Below, piece by piece: positions 50,637-60,600 of a stretch of DNA of 64,000 nucleotides; positions within the stretch are counted from its first letter, which is position 1, and each line of letters starts with the position of its first letter. This DNA is from an uncultured Acidobacteriota bacterium (GTDB lineage Bacteria > Acidobacteriota > UBA6911), in assembly GCA_963827655.1 (NCBI GenBank), contig CAWHCF010000026.1:32001-96000 (forward strand), written 5' to 3'. Both the position numbers and the translations under genes were made by a program. Under the pieces are notes generated by a model that did not search any database, was not told the DNA's origin, and saw only the letters and a program-made list of their open reading frames with translations.

Positions 50637-51206
50637 ATGAAAGCCAGATTCCTTCGCTCCGTTCCGGCAATTCTGATCGTTCCCGTCTTTCTGCTGCTCG
50701 CCCAGTCGCAGCGAGAGAAAGAGCGACTGGCCGAAGTTCTGGAACTCAAGTCCGCGATGAACGTCGCCGAAATCGGTGCCGGTGACGGCGAAATGAGTTT
50801 TTTCGTCGCCGGCAAAGTGAGCCGCATCTACATCAACGAAATCAATTCCGATAAGCTCCGCAAGCTGCGCGATCGGGCGACCAACGTGGCCAACGTCACG
50901 GTTGTCGAAGGTGACGCCACCGAGACGCGCCTGCCGGAAGGCTGCTGCGATGCCGTCTTCATGCGCGACGTCTACCATCACCTGACCGACGCCGCGGCGA
51001 TCAACGCCAGCATCGCCAGGGCGCTGAAGCCAGGCGGCGTGCTCGTGGTGATCGATTTTCTTCCCGGCAATGAGGGCCACGGCATCACCCCCGAAAAACT
51101 CGTGGAGAGCGTTACTCGCGCCGGGTTCGAGCCGATCCGCACGATCGACGACTGGCAGTTCCGGACTTACTGCGTGGTATTTCGAAAGACTAAGGATTGC
51201 GACTGA
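50637..51206 (+). CDS. Class I SAM-dependent methyltransferase with N-terminal hydrophobic/signal segment
   Basis: VAEIGAGDG, DAVFMRDVYHH and LKPGGVLVVID. Confidence 0.85.
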   Translation: MKARFLRSVPAILIVPVFLLLAQSQREKERLAEVLELKSAMNVAEIGAGDGEMSFFVAGKVSRIYINEINSDKLRKLRDRATNVANVTVVEGDATETRLPEGCCDAVFMRDVYHHLTDAAAINASIARALKPGGVLVVIDFLPGNEGHGITPEKLVESVTRAGFEPIRTIDDWQFRTYCVVFRKTKDCD

Positions 51207-51214
51207 AGTGCGGA

Positions 51215-51267
51215 GGTGGTTGGGTTTTGTTCCGCCGCCCCAACCACCAAGGCGCGAAGACTCGAAG
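51215..51267. terminator. Hairpin between convergent genes, merged with a family A arm
   Basis: 10-bp stem ggtggttggg/cccaaccacc followed by aaggcgcgaagactcgaag. Confidence 0.5.
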
Positions 51268-51277
51268 CCTATCCCTT

Positions 51278-51715
51278 TCACTGGGCGATAGAGATGACCT
51301 CAGGCGGCTCAATCTTCTCTGCCGGACCTCCGGCGATCTCAAGCTCGACGTGGTAGTACGCGAGTTCGCGACCGGTGTTATCCCCCTCCCACCAGAATCG
51401 CGCGAGGAAGTACTGGTCGCCAAAGCGGCGAAACTCGAGTCGATCTCCAGCCGGCACGTCTCTTGTCTGAACCGAATGCGTGATGAAGAGCACCTCCCCC
51501 CGGCCGTTTTCGTCGCGTATCAAGAAACCATGTGCGTCGTTGGCGCTGGTACGGTAAATCGTATAAGTACCGGCCGGAAGCGTCGTCTTTTCTACCTTGA
51601 ATTCGAATGGCACGGTAATGGTCAGCTGCTTCGTTGCCCCCGCCGAGGCGGAAACCACGAATAGCGTCAGGAATAGGCTTAATAAGGCTACGATTGTAAG
51701 TAAATGTTTTTTCAT
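51278..51715 (-). CDS. Small secreted acidobacterial-type protein
   Basis: Signal peptide; VPFEFKVEKTTLPAGTY and LEFRRFGDQYFLA motifs. Confidence 0.8.
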   Translation of the reverse strand: MKKHLLTIVALLSLFLTLFVVSASAGATKQLTITVPFEFKVEKTTLPAGTYTIYRTSANDAHGFLIRDENGRGEVLFITHSVQTRDVPAGDRLEFRRFGDQYFLARFWWEGDNTGRELAYYHVELEIAGGPAEKIEPPEVISIAQ

Positions 51716-51961
51716 TGACCCCTCTTGCGGTTAAACACCGGCTTTGCCGGCCTGCGGTTTTGGTTGAGCAGCGGTCTGCGAAACCAGCTGCTTCCTGACT
51801 GAGAGACTGTCCTTGCTCCGGCTCACTCCATAAGACGGGATCCGTCAAAGAAACCCGCCACGCCCGCAAAAAAGATTCTTGCAATCGCATCAACGTCTCG
51901 AAAGAGAGGGTTCGGCCTGCTTGTGGTAAATTGTTGTTTTCTATTGTCTTTCAAGGGGAAG

Positions 51962-52531
51962 ATGGCAACAGCCGGTTCACAGCGAATCACGCATCTGCTT
52001 CTGGCCTGGGGCGACGGCGACCAGACCGCGCTCGAAAAGTTGATGCCGCTGGTCTACGAGGAGCTGCGTAGAGTGGCGGCGCGCCATATGCGGCGGCAGG
52101 GTCCCGGCCACACGTTGCAGACTACCGCGCTGGTCAACGAGGCCTACGTGCGGTTGATTGACTCAAGCCAGGTGCGCTGGCAGAACCGCGCGCACTTCTT
52201 CGCGGTCTCGGCGCAGATGATGCGGCGCATTCTGATCGATTTTGCCCGGGCCCGCCGCTACCTCAAGCGTGGCGGCGGCGCGCAACAGGTTTCACTCGAT
52301 GAGACACTGGCGGTCGCGCCGGAGCGTGGGTCGGATCTGCTGGAGTTAGATGAGGCTCTTACGAGGTTGGCGGCGCTCAATCGACGACAGGCCCAGATCG
52401 TGGAGTTGCGGTACTTCGGGGGGCTGAGCGAGGAAGAGGCGGCGGAGGCGCTCAAGATCTCGCTGCGCACCGTGCAGCGTGATTGGAACCTCGCGCGTCT
52501 CTGGCTCTACCGCGAATTAAGAAAAAAGTAA
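51962..52531 (+). CDS. ECF sigma factor of the kinase-associated (TIGR02999-like) type
   Basis: [47 protein letters not shown] and VQRDW. Confidence 0.92.
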   Translation: MATAGSQRITHLLLAWGDGDQTALEKLMPLVYEELRRVAARHMRRQGPGHTLQTTALVNEAYVRLIDSSQVRWQNRAHFFAVSAQMMRRILIDFARARRYLKRGGGAQQVSLDETLAVAPERGSDLLELDEALTRLAALNRRQAQIVELRYFGGLSEEEAAEALKISLRTVQRDWNLARLWLYRELRKK

Positions 52532-52618
52532 AAATGCTGAGTAAAGTGCTGAGTAAAAAGTGCCTGCTTAGCACTTTCTACTTTTTCTACTCAGCACTTT
52601 TAACTTTTTACTTTTTTT
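52522..52618. repeat. AT-rich imperfect palindrome between the ECF and kinase genes
   Basis: aaaaaagtaaaa..tgctgagtaaagtgctgagta ... tactcagcactttt..ttttactttttt. Confidence 0.8.
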
Positions 52619-52620
52619 GG

Positions 52621-55502
52621 ATGATGACGCCTGAACGGTGGGAACAGATCGGCCGGCTTTACGAAGCGGCGAAGGAGCTCGAGCCATCCGAGCGCGCGGC
52701 GTTCCTGGACCAGGCTTGCGCGGGCGACGAAGCCTTGCGACGCGAGGTCGAGTCGCTGCTTGCGGCGGAGGAATCGGTCGGAGGCTTCATCACAGCGCCC
52801 GCGTTGAAAGATGCAGCGCAGCTGCTGACCGGTGAATCGCCCGAGGCGATGGTCGGAAAGCAGCTCGGCCATTACCAGATCCTCTCGTTTATCGGCGCGG
52901 GCGGGATGGGCGAGGTCTACGCAGCCAAAGACACGCGGCTGGGCCGCAGAGTCGCCGTCAAGCTGCTGCATGCTTCCGTCTCGAGCGATGCCGACCGGCT
53001 TCGACGCTTCGGGCAGGAGGCGAAGACCATTGGGATGCTCAATCACCCGAACATCCTCACCATTCACGACGTCGGCACGCACGAAGGCGCGCCGTACATT
53101 GTCTCGGAACTGCTCGAAGGCGAGACGTTGCGCGAGCAGATCAAAGACGGAGCCATAGCGCCCTCCAGGGCCGCGGACTTCGCCTTGCAGATCACACGGG
53201 GACTCGCTGCGGCGCACGAGCGCGGGCTTGCCCATCGAGATTTGAAGCCGGAGAACCTTTTCATCACCAGAGACGAGCGAATCAAGATTCTCGACTTCGG
53301 CCTGGCCAAGCTGGTGCAACCTCAGTTCAGCCGAGCCGGCGCGAGCGGGCCGGCGTTTCCCGTCGTCCGCACCAATCCGGGCATGGTAATGGGGACGGTC
53401 GACTACATGGCGCCGGAACAGTTGCGCGGCGAGGAAGCGGATCATCGCGCGGACATCTTCGCCTTCGGGGTAATCTTCTACGAGATGCTCGCGGGCGAGC
53501 GGCCGTTCCGCGGCGGCTCGTCGGCGAGACCATTAGCGCAATTCTCAAGCAGGACGCGCCGGAGTTGCCGGCGCCGTCCAGCGCGCCATCGCAGGGTTTG
53601 GAGCGCGTGATCCACCGCTGTCTGCAGAAGCGGCCGGAGCAGCGGTTTCAATCAGCCAGCGATCTGGGCTTTGCCCTGGAAGCATTGACATCTTCAGCCC
53701 TGGGGCCTTCAGGCTCGCGGTTGCGCTCAACCGCACCAAGGCCGACTCTGCCGTTCCGCCTCGACCAGGGCCGAATCGGTTGGATCGCGGCCGGCGTTTT
53801 CATGCTCGCGGCAATCCTGCTGGCCGTGGCTTATTTCAGACGTCCGGCGGAGGAGGCGAACGCGATCCGCCTATCCGTCTTACCGCCGGAGAAGGCAGCC
53901 AGAGTGGGCGATCCGGTCATTGCGCCAAACGGCCGCCGGCTCGCCTTCGTTGCCACGACTGAAGGCAAGACACTGGTCTGGGTGCGCCCGCTGGGTTCTC
54001 TTGCCGCGCAGCCGCTGCCCGGAACGGAGGGCGCGTCCGGGCCCTTCTGGTCGCCGAACGGACGGTCCATCGGCTTCTTTGCGCAGGGAAAGCTCAAAAA
54101 GATCGCGCTCTCGGGGGAGCCGCCCGTGACACTCGGCGAAGCGCCGGCTAACAGAGGTGGCACCTGGGGGCCCAACGATATCATTCTGTTTGTGCCGCAT
54201 CCGAATGCGGGGGTGTATCGAGTCTCCGCTGCGGGTGGGTCCGTGACGGCAGTGACGGCGCCGGACGGTTCGCGCCAGGAGGGAAGTCAGCTCTGGCCCT
54301 GTTTCCTGCCTGACGGCAACCATTTTCTGTATTTCATGACCGGCCTGCAGCAAGAGGAGGCCGGGATTTATATCGCTTCGCTCGACGGACGCGAGAAGAA
54401 GCGGCTCCTTACCGCGGGGTCGAATGCGCTCTATGCGCCGCCGGGACACCTGCTCTTCGTGCGGGAAAGGGTCTTGTGGGCCCAGCCATTTGATGCCGAT
54501 GAGAGCCGGCTCGCGGGCGAACCGTTGCGCCTCGCCGATCAGATACCGGTCCAGCCCTTCGGCAAGGGATTCTTCTCCGTCTCGCAGAATGGGGTATTGG
54601 TCCACAGTTCGAGCGGAAGCAGCGCAGATCAGCAAGCCGGCTGGTTCGATCGCGCGGGGAAACCGCTCGGGTTGATTGGTTCACCCGGTGCCTACCTCAA
54701 TTTCGGGCTTTCGCCTGATGAGGGCCGGGTCGCTCTGGCGAGGTTTGATCGTCAGACCGGAACACCGGACATCTGGCTTCTCGACCTGGCGCGGGGCATT
54801 GAGTCGCGCTTCACATTCGATCCTGCGCCGGACCTCTTTCCGTTCTGGTCGCCGGACGAGGGACGCATATTATGGCTTTCCATCCGGGGAGGGCTTTTCA
54901 GCCTCCAGCGGAAGGCGTCCAGCGGCGCGGGTCAGGACGAGCTGTTGCTCACGTCAGATCACCAGAAACATCCCACCGACTGGTCCGGGGACGGACGCTT
55001 TATCGTTTACCAGGATAACGACCCCAAGACGAAATGGGATGTGTGGGTCCTGCCGCTCGACGGGGAGCGTAATCCCTTTCCTTTTGCGCAGACGGGATTC
55101 AACGAGGCCAACGGCCATTTCTCTCCCGATTCAAAATGGATCGCCTGGACTTCAGATGATTCAGGAAGTAACGAGGTTTACGTCCAGGCTTTTCAGAATC
55201 CGGAGGGCAGGCGGCAAATCTCGACCAAAGGCGGCGACCAGCCTCGCTGGCGCCGTGACGGGAAAGAGCTGTTCTACATCGCCGCCGACGGGAAGTTGAT
55301 GGCCGTTGAGGTGAAGAGTGGCGCAGGTTTCGAGTCCGGCGCGCCCAAAGCGCTCTTTGATCTGCGGGGCATCAGGGCGATTGGCGGCAACTACGCCGTG
55401 GCGGCCGACGCCAGGAAGTTCCTGGTCATGACGAGCATTGAAGAAGCGAGCGCAGCGCCGTTCATCGTGGTGCTCAACTGGACGGCGGACTTGAATCGAT
55501 GA
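52621..55502 (+). CDS. Ser/Thr kinase with ECF-associated N-terminal extension, TM helix and TolB-like propeller; frameshift near 53525
   Basis: [32 protein letters not shown] and GTVDYMAPE; WSPD repeats. Confidence 0.93.
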
Positions 55503-55565
55503 TAATCGCCAGTGCTTTCGGTGAATCAGACGGTAACCCGTCAGAACGTGTGAAGAAACTGATTC

Positions 55566-55775
55566 TGTGACGCGGGTCATCAGAGACTGTCGCAAAACTC
55601 AGATTCCCCTGGTAGTTTGGCTCAGACATTCTTTAGAGCACCCTGTGGCGACGGGTCATTGGCCCGTCGCAAGTTACCTAATCGCTATGCCTTAACCTTA
55701 AAAGTTCAGTAGTGCCCCTCGGGAGCCGGACGGGCTTGATAGCCCGTCCGCACATGAACCGGGCGGGTTTTGCAG
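55566..55775. mobile_element. Composite palindromic element, copy 2 (inverted relative to 43414..43651)
   Basis: Shares tgtg.cgcgggtcat, tggctcagaca, tgtggcgac.gggtcat and gccggacgggcttgatagcccgtccgcaca in the same order. Confidence 0.75.
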
Positions 55776-55797
55776 CACGGAACTTCGCTATGGATGC

Positions 55798-56691
55798 TTA
55801 TCTGACAAAGATTCTGCTTTGGCGGGAGTCGTTATCGACCTCTCTCTGATGCGCGGCGATGAAGTAGCGCATCACGATTGCCGCGCGCGCCGGGTCGAGA
55901 GACTTACTGACCAGCACCCATTGGTAGCTACCTTCGCGGAAGGCGTACGTCTGCTGCTTGGGACAATCGACCTTGACGCACTGGATTCCTTGGACCACGG
56001 TGTCGAATGCATCCTGACTTCCAAAGCGGAAACGCACGGAAGCAGGCGCGACAAAAACCGAGAAGGCCTCGATGCCGTTGCCATAGATGAGCTGCACGAC
56101 CCGGTGGGCGCCCACACTACCGATGTGCTGCGCCTGCAGGTGATAGCCTGCCAGCGGCGAAGCGTCCGGAACCGATCTCAGTCCGCTTGCCAGGAGGGGG
56201 TCGTCGCGCTCGCGTGAGTCAAAACCCGGAGCCGCCCGCGCTAACGCTCTGTAGCTGGCCGCAGGCAAGGCCGCCTGCACCGGGTGCAGGTAGGCGCCGA
56301 GGTCCAGCTCGTCGAAGATGCCGGCTCCTCCGGGGGATTCCTTGGTGACACGGAGTGTCTCCAACGCTGCCATGGCCACGAGCAGCGCGGCAACGGCGGC
56401 GATTGGTCCGCGCCTCCGCTGCAGCCACGCGGAGGTGCTTGTCTCCGGCACCGGCAAGGGCGCCGGACGCCTTCGACGCATCTCAATATCATCCCAGAGC
56501 AAGAACGGCGCTCGGATTCGCTCGAGGTAGCCGAGAAGCTCAACTATGGAGGCGGTCTTGGCATGCCGGCGGCGGCAGCGCTGACACTGCTCGAGATGCG
56601 CCGAGACGCGCGCGGCCTCTTCCGGTGGTAGCGCATCGTGGCAATAAGACGAGATCTTGCGGCTGACGTGATTCAGGAACATCCTTGCCAC
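55798..56691 (-). CDS. Anti-sigma factor (zf-HC2, TM helix, periplasmic domain)
   Basis: HLEQCQRC HxxxCxxC motif and a TM helix; directly downstream of the ECF sigma. Confidence 0.8.
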   Translation of the reverse strand: MARMFLNHVSRKISSYCHDALPPEEAARVSAHLEQCQRCRRRHAKTASIVELLGYLERIRAPFLLWDDIEMRRRRPAPLPVPETSTSAWLQRRRGPIAAVAALLVAMAALETLRVTKESPGGAGIFDELDLGAYLHPVQAALPAASYRALARAAPGFDSRERDDPLLASGLRSVPDASPLAGYHLQAQHIGSVGAHRVVQLIYGNGIEAFSVFVAPASVRFRFGSQDAFDTVVQGIQCVKVDCPKQQTYAFREGSYQWVLVSKSLDPARAAIVMRYFIAAHQREVDNDSRQSRIFVR

Positions 56692-56696
56692 CTGTT

Positions 56697-57269
56697 TTAG
56701 TCCGTATTGCGCCGAAGAGTGGCCAGTTGCCGGGCCAGGATCCTGTGGCTCCGGTTTAGCCGCGCTGCGACCGCGCTGGGCGAGCAGCCCAGCGCAGCGG
56801 CAATTTCTTCGTAAGAAAGCCCGTCGACGTAGCGGAGGATCACAGCGAACCGCAGCTTGGGTTTTAGACGCACGACTGCGGCTTGCACGGCCTGCCGTAC
56901 CTGGCGCCGCACGAGCGCCTCTTCCTGCGGGCGTCCCAAACTCGTGAAGTACCGGTTTGAGGCTTGGGCGAGAGGAACGAACCGCCGCCGACGTCGGAAT
57001 TCGTCCATACAGACATTGACCGCGATTCGATACAGCCAGGTTGTAAACTGGGACTGGCCACGGAATTCCCCGATCCCCGACAGGACCTTCAGGAAGACCT
57101 CCTGCGTAATGTCCAGCGCCAGAGGCGTGTCGCCCGTAAAATGGAATGCCAGTGAAAACACGCGGTCCTTGTACGCTTCGAACAGCGTCCGAAAGTCTTC
57201 CTCGCGTCCGCCCTTGCAGCCTTCGACCTGCCGGCTTTCAAACGTTGGTCCCGTCTCCGCTCTGAACAT
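56697..57269 (-). CDS. ECF sigma-70 factor
   Basis: DITQEVFLK, FTTWLYRIAVN and GLSYEEIAAAL. Confidence 0.92.
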   Translation of the reverse strand: MFRAETGPTFESRQVEGCKGGREEDFRTLFEAYKDRVFSLAFHFTGDTPLALDITQEVFLKVLSGIGEFRGQSQFTTWLYRIAVNVCMDEFRRRRRFVPLAQASNRYFTSLGRPQEEALVRRQVRQAVQAAVVRLKPKLRFAVILRYVDGLSYEEIAAALGCSPSAVAARLNRSHRILARQLATLRRNTD

Positions 57270-57278
57270 CTAGAAGCC

Positions 57279-57308
57279 TTAGACGCGGAACGGGGGGAGA
57301 TTCTTACC
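57279..57308 (-). promoter_or_regulatory. Putative autoregulatory ECF promoter GTAAG-N17-CGTCTAA
   Basis: Minus strand ggtaagaatctccccccgttccgcgtctaa, about 10 nt before the sigma ATG. Confidence 0.45.
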
Positions 57309-57451
57309 TTTTTTCTGCTCGTCCGGAGGTGCTTTTCTAAAGACTTCTCGGGCAGGCCACTTCTAGAAAAGATGAAGATGACTGTCTCTTACCGTTGTTA
57401 ACACAGGGAAAAGATCAATGGGGGAAGCACTGCGAAGGATTATCTGAAAGA

Positions 57452-57635
57452 CCCGACCGGCGAGCTCGCAGTCCTTTCACACAGTCCGACGGGACAAATC
57501 CTGATGAGCTGTAAATAGTTTGGGGTGAAGACATTTTCTTCGAGTCCGGAGCGGCAAACGATCCACTTTCGAAGCTGATGCACCAGATCACGGGAGCAAT
57601 GGCCGAGTTCGAGCGCGCCAAGATCACCAAAATGT
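57452..57635 (+). pseudogene. Serine recombinase fragment
   Basis: My manual translation: PDRRARS (degenerate DRLAR) and FESGAANDPLSKLMHQITGAMAEFERAKIT. Confidence 0.7.
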
Positions 57636-57643
57636 TTGCCACT

Positions 57644-60600
57644 CTAAGGCGGCAAGACCTGCGGCGGCACTGCCGAGAGCACTGACTGGTTGCGGGTGCC
57701 AAAGAGTGAAAAGCTGGCAACATCCGTATCGGCCGGTGACTTTTATGTAGCCGGAGCGCTGATTCTCAATGAGGAGATTATTCGGAAAGTATTCGGTTAA
57801 CACCTTCGAGATTCGCTGCGCTGGTGGAATGCTTCATGTCTGTCGTCGCGACCAGGGTGCCTCTCGCGTCGAACACTTCGATCTTCGTGTTAGCAACGCT
57901 GTTGGTTGGATTGAGAATAGCCACACCGGTGAAGTAGGTATCGTCAGATGCGACCTGGCTGAAGACGACTTCACTATGAGGTGTCGAAACCAGGGGAAGA
58001 GTCTGAAGAGAACTGGCTACGACCAGGATCACCGAAGACAACAGAACCGGCCAGCTTGGGACCGGTGCTAGTGATCTTGACATAACCTTCGGTATGGGTA
58101 GTGGGATCGAGAAAGAAATTCTGATCTGTGATGTAGATCTTGCCTCGGGGCGCGATTGGAACAACCCTGGTGACGCCAATTGGCATTCCGTCACCCCCGA
58201 TAAACTCGAACATTACCTGCCCCGCAATCGAATCCAGGTTGACGATCGAAAGAGTCGATCGATAATCTCTACCACCGACGACATACTGGGGAGAGTAGAG
58301 AATTTTGCCGCCACCGGTTGCATCCTGCCCGTTTAGACCGTAGACGTACTGAGCTGTCTTTCCCAGATATTCAAAGGGAACGACGCCTCGATTGGAAGTC
58401 GCTCGAATGTAGTCGGAGCCTTCGCGAGTCACGCCGCGGAAGAGATCGGTAAAAAACTCGGCCATCGATCCATTGGCCTTGACCTCGCGCTCAACGGCTG
58501 GAGTTCGCAGCGTTCCGTCGAACTTGTACAGTTCGAAGGTAAGGGTAGCCGGAGCCGGGTCGGGATTGGCAACGTGGATCTGAGTGAACCCTTGATCCTC
58601 AATCTCCGGCAGGATGAATGATTTCAGGTTTGCGGAAGAGACGTCGGCGCCGTCGAGAAACGAGAGGCGGTCGTTGAAGTTGAGGAAAAAGCCGACGACC
58701 TCCTGTACGGTGCTTTCGACCTTGATCCAACCCACAGCGGATGCCGACCGCAAGCCTGAACCAAGAAGATCGGTATCGACCAGCGGGACCTGCTCGATAC
58801 TTGCGACCGAAACAGAGGCAGGGTTTGTAATACCCGGACCGGTTATCTTCTCTCCATTTTTGTCGAAGGCCGTGACGGTTAGGGTTGCCTCGGCACCACT
58901 CAGATTGGCGACAGCGATTCCGGTGACTTCATCGGGGCTGCTTTCATTCCCAGCGGTGCTGACCAGGCGAGGATAAAAGAGCGTGGTAAGTGCGGCTCTG
59001 TTATTTGTGACCGTGAAAGTGATGGAATTCGAATTCCCGCCGCCGGGCCCTGGGTTCGACACCGCCACGCTGGCGGTTCCCTCTGATGGAATATCAGCGG
59101 GTGACACAGGCGAGGTCAGTTGAACGTTGCTGATATAGTTCGTGTTCCGGTCTGCTCCGTTCCAGCGAATCCTAGAACCGGGAAGTCCGGACGGAGATGG
59201 GGAGACGAAATTCAAGCCGTTGGCGGTTGCGGCAAATCCCGTTCCTCGGGCGGGCGCCGAGGTTGGGTTGAGTCCTAAGAGCAGAGGCACGGGGTTCAGG
59301 GTGGTGACGACCCCGGGATTCGAAATGAGCGTGCCAGTCTGCTCGGGATTTGTGAAAGACTCGAAGGATGCAGGGTTCGTGACAGTGACGGCAAAGGTGA
59401 ATCCCGTCGCGATATCGGAGCCAGGGATGATTGCCCGGAGTTGCGTAGCATTGTCAAAGAAGGTCCTTATTATCTTGACCGTTGAACTGAACCATCGATG
59501 CGGGAACGAAACCGGTGCCGTTGACCGTAAGGGTGAAATCACCACCTCCGGCGTCTACCCGGGTGGGGTTGATGCGAGTGATAGTAGGGGCTCCGGGGAC
59601 GAGGGCCCTAATTTCAAGAGTCCGAGCATCTGAAGGGCCGCCACCAGGCGAGGGGTTGAATACCCTGACGCTGGCCGTGCCTACAGTGGCGATATCGGGC
59701 GCAGTAATAGCGGCTGTAAGCGTGCGATGGTCAATAAAGGTTGTGTCTCGATTTGAGCCATTCCACTGAACCACCGAAGTGGGGACAAAACTCGAACCAT
59801 ACACGATCAGAGTAAAGGGACCACTGCCGGCAATTGCTGAAATTGGATCGAGGCAGCAGATCGACGGCGGTGGGGTTGTAATAGCGAAAGTTTGACTATT
59901 CGAGGTGGCTCCACCGGACGTGTTCACTACCGTTATGTTGACCGTGCCTCCGCTGGCGACATCTCTTTCGGAGATCCTGACTCTAAGCTGCGCGCTACTG
60001 AGAAACGTAGTGGGACGCTCCTGATTGTTGAATCGAACCCTGGATTCAGCAACGGAGTCTTTGACGAAATTTGAGCCATTGACGGTCAGTTCGAACCCTG
60101 AACTGCCGGTTTCTATCGAACTTGGGCTGAGGCCGGAGATTGAAGGCCGCTCGATAGGGCTGCGTGCTGGCCCGATGATCCCACTGTACGCTCGCGACGC
60201 CATCTGGGGCGTCGGTGTGGTGTTGTCAGTGACCTTCACCGTAAAGCTGAAGGCACCAGCGGTCGTCGGAGTACCGCGCAATCGCTCCCGTCGTGGCATT
60301 CTGCGTCACTCCAGCAAGAAGTGCCCCTGCAGTGATCGACCAGGTGTACGGCGCAGTTCCACCCGCGGCTGCGAATGCCGCCGAATACGCTACCCCAACC
60401 GCTCCGTTTGGAACGGATTCCGTCGTGATCGTCAATGCTGAAGGACTGATCATGCCACTATAGGATCGGCTCGCCATCTGAGGCGCCGGTGTCGTACTGT
60501 CGGTAACTCTCACCGTGAAGTTGAAGGAACCAGCCGCAGTCGGCGTGCCCGTGATTGCCCCCGTGGCGGAGTTCTGCGTCAGTCCAGCAGGAAGTGAGCC

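Noticed and set aside
2583-51267. CRISPR array or integron attC array built from family A repeats
   Set aside because: Copies are dispersed, degenerate and in both orientations. There are no regular spacers, cas genes, integron integrase or GTTRRRY/RYYYAAC boxes.
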